The position numbers and the translations under genes were made by a program. Positions 44,063-44,219 of a DNA stretch of 44,219 bases are shown piece by piece; positions within the stretch are counted from its first letter, which is position 1, and each line of letters starts with the position of its first letter. This DNA is from Escherichia phage vB_EcoS-12210I, in the sequence record NC_049813.1. One strand, written 5' to 3'. The notes below the pieces were generated by a model. The model was not told the origin of the DNA and ran no database searches. It saw only the letters and a list, made by a program, of their open reading frames with translations.

Positions 44063-44219
44063 TTAGAATGTGTCGATTTGTTTTGATTCTACTTTAATCT
44101 TTTCTTCAGGACTACTTTTTTCTGCAACTTTCTTTGGTGCTGCTGGGTTGAAGCCAGTTGCTGCATTTGCTTCAATCTCTGCCTTTCGCTCTATGATGTG
44201 GGGTTCGAAAACCTTCCAT
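44063..44219 (-). CDS. 3-prime part of the ERF-like gene (same gene as 1-621; 44093-44219 duplicates 1-127)
   Basis: Frame continuity across the junction; TAA at 44063-44065. Confidence 0.5.
   Translation of the reverse strand, partial: WKVFEPHIIERKAEIEANAATGFNPAAPKKVAEKSSPEEKIKVESKQIDTF
44093..44219. repeat. Terminal overlap copy (identical to 1-127)
   Basis: Direct comparison. Confidence 0.9.

Noticed and set aside
1-44219. Temperate lifestyle (integrase, CI-type repressor, attP)
   Set aside because: No ORF with recognisable integrase or recombinase features was seen. The regulator-like genes are small HTH proteins without an adjacent integrase, so a virulent lifestyle is more likely, though this is not proven without searches.

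Overview
The window is a complete phage genome closed on itself: bases 1-127 repeat at 44093-44219, giving a unit length of about 44,092 bp. Gene content and order indicate a virulent T1-like siphovirus (Drexlerviridae-type), an assignment made by recollection of family hallmarks, not by database search. Read from the sequence: a recombination module (ssb, ERF-like annealing protein spanning the junction, PD-(D/E)xK exonuclease); a regulator/Rha/Cor-like lipoprotein block; a roughly 19-kb minus-strand late operon (terS, terL, portal, head genes, lambda-like tail genes with a G/GT -1 frameshift, tape measure, M-L-K-I-J); tRNA-Arg(UCU); many short early genes; a P-loop NTPase with a truncated paralogue; a lysis cassette (holin, SAR endolysin, unimolecular spanin); VRR-NUC nuclease, helicase, primase and a separate tail fibre. 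No integrase or CI-type repressor was recognised. The most striking non-coding signal is a 17-copy promoter-like module (20-bp element AAATAGCACnAATTGCTAAA, a 20-22 bp spacer, a TATAAT-like hexamer, then a conserved start region CATCGAAACGA) in front of early and accessory genes, with no -35 at the normal spacing. Other candidates include two AT-rich control regions sharing a repeat with a variable (ATA)n tract, palindromic operator-like arrays, acidic small proteins and moron-like genes. All functional calls rest on motif and synteny reasoning without homology search.
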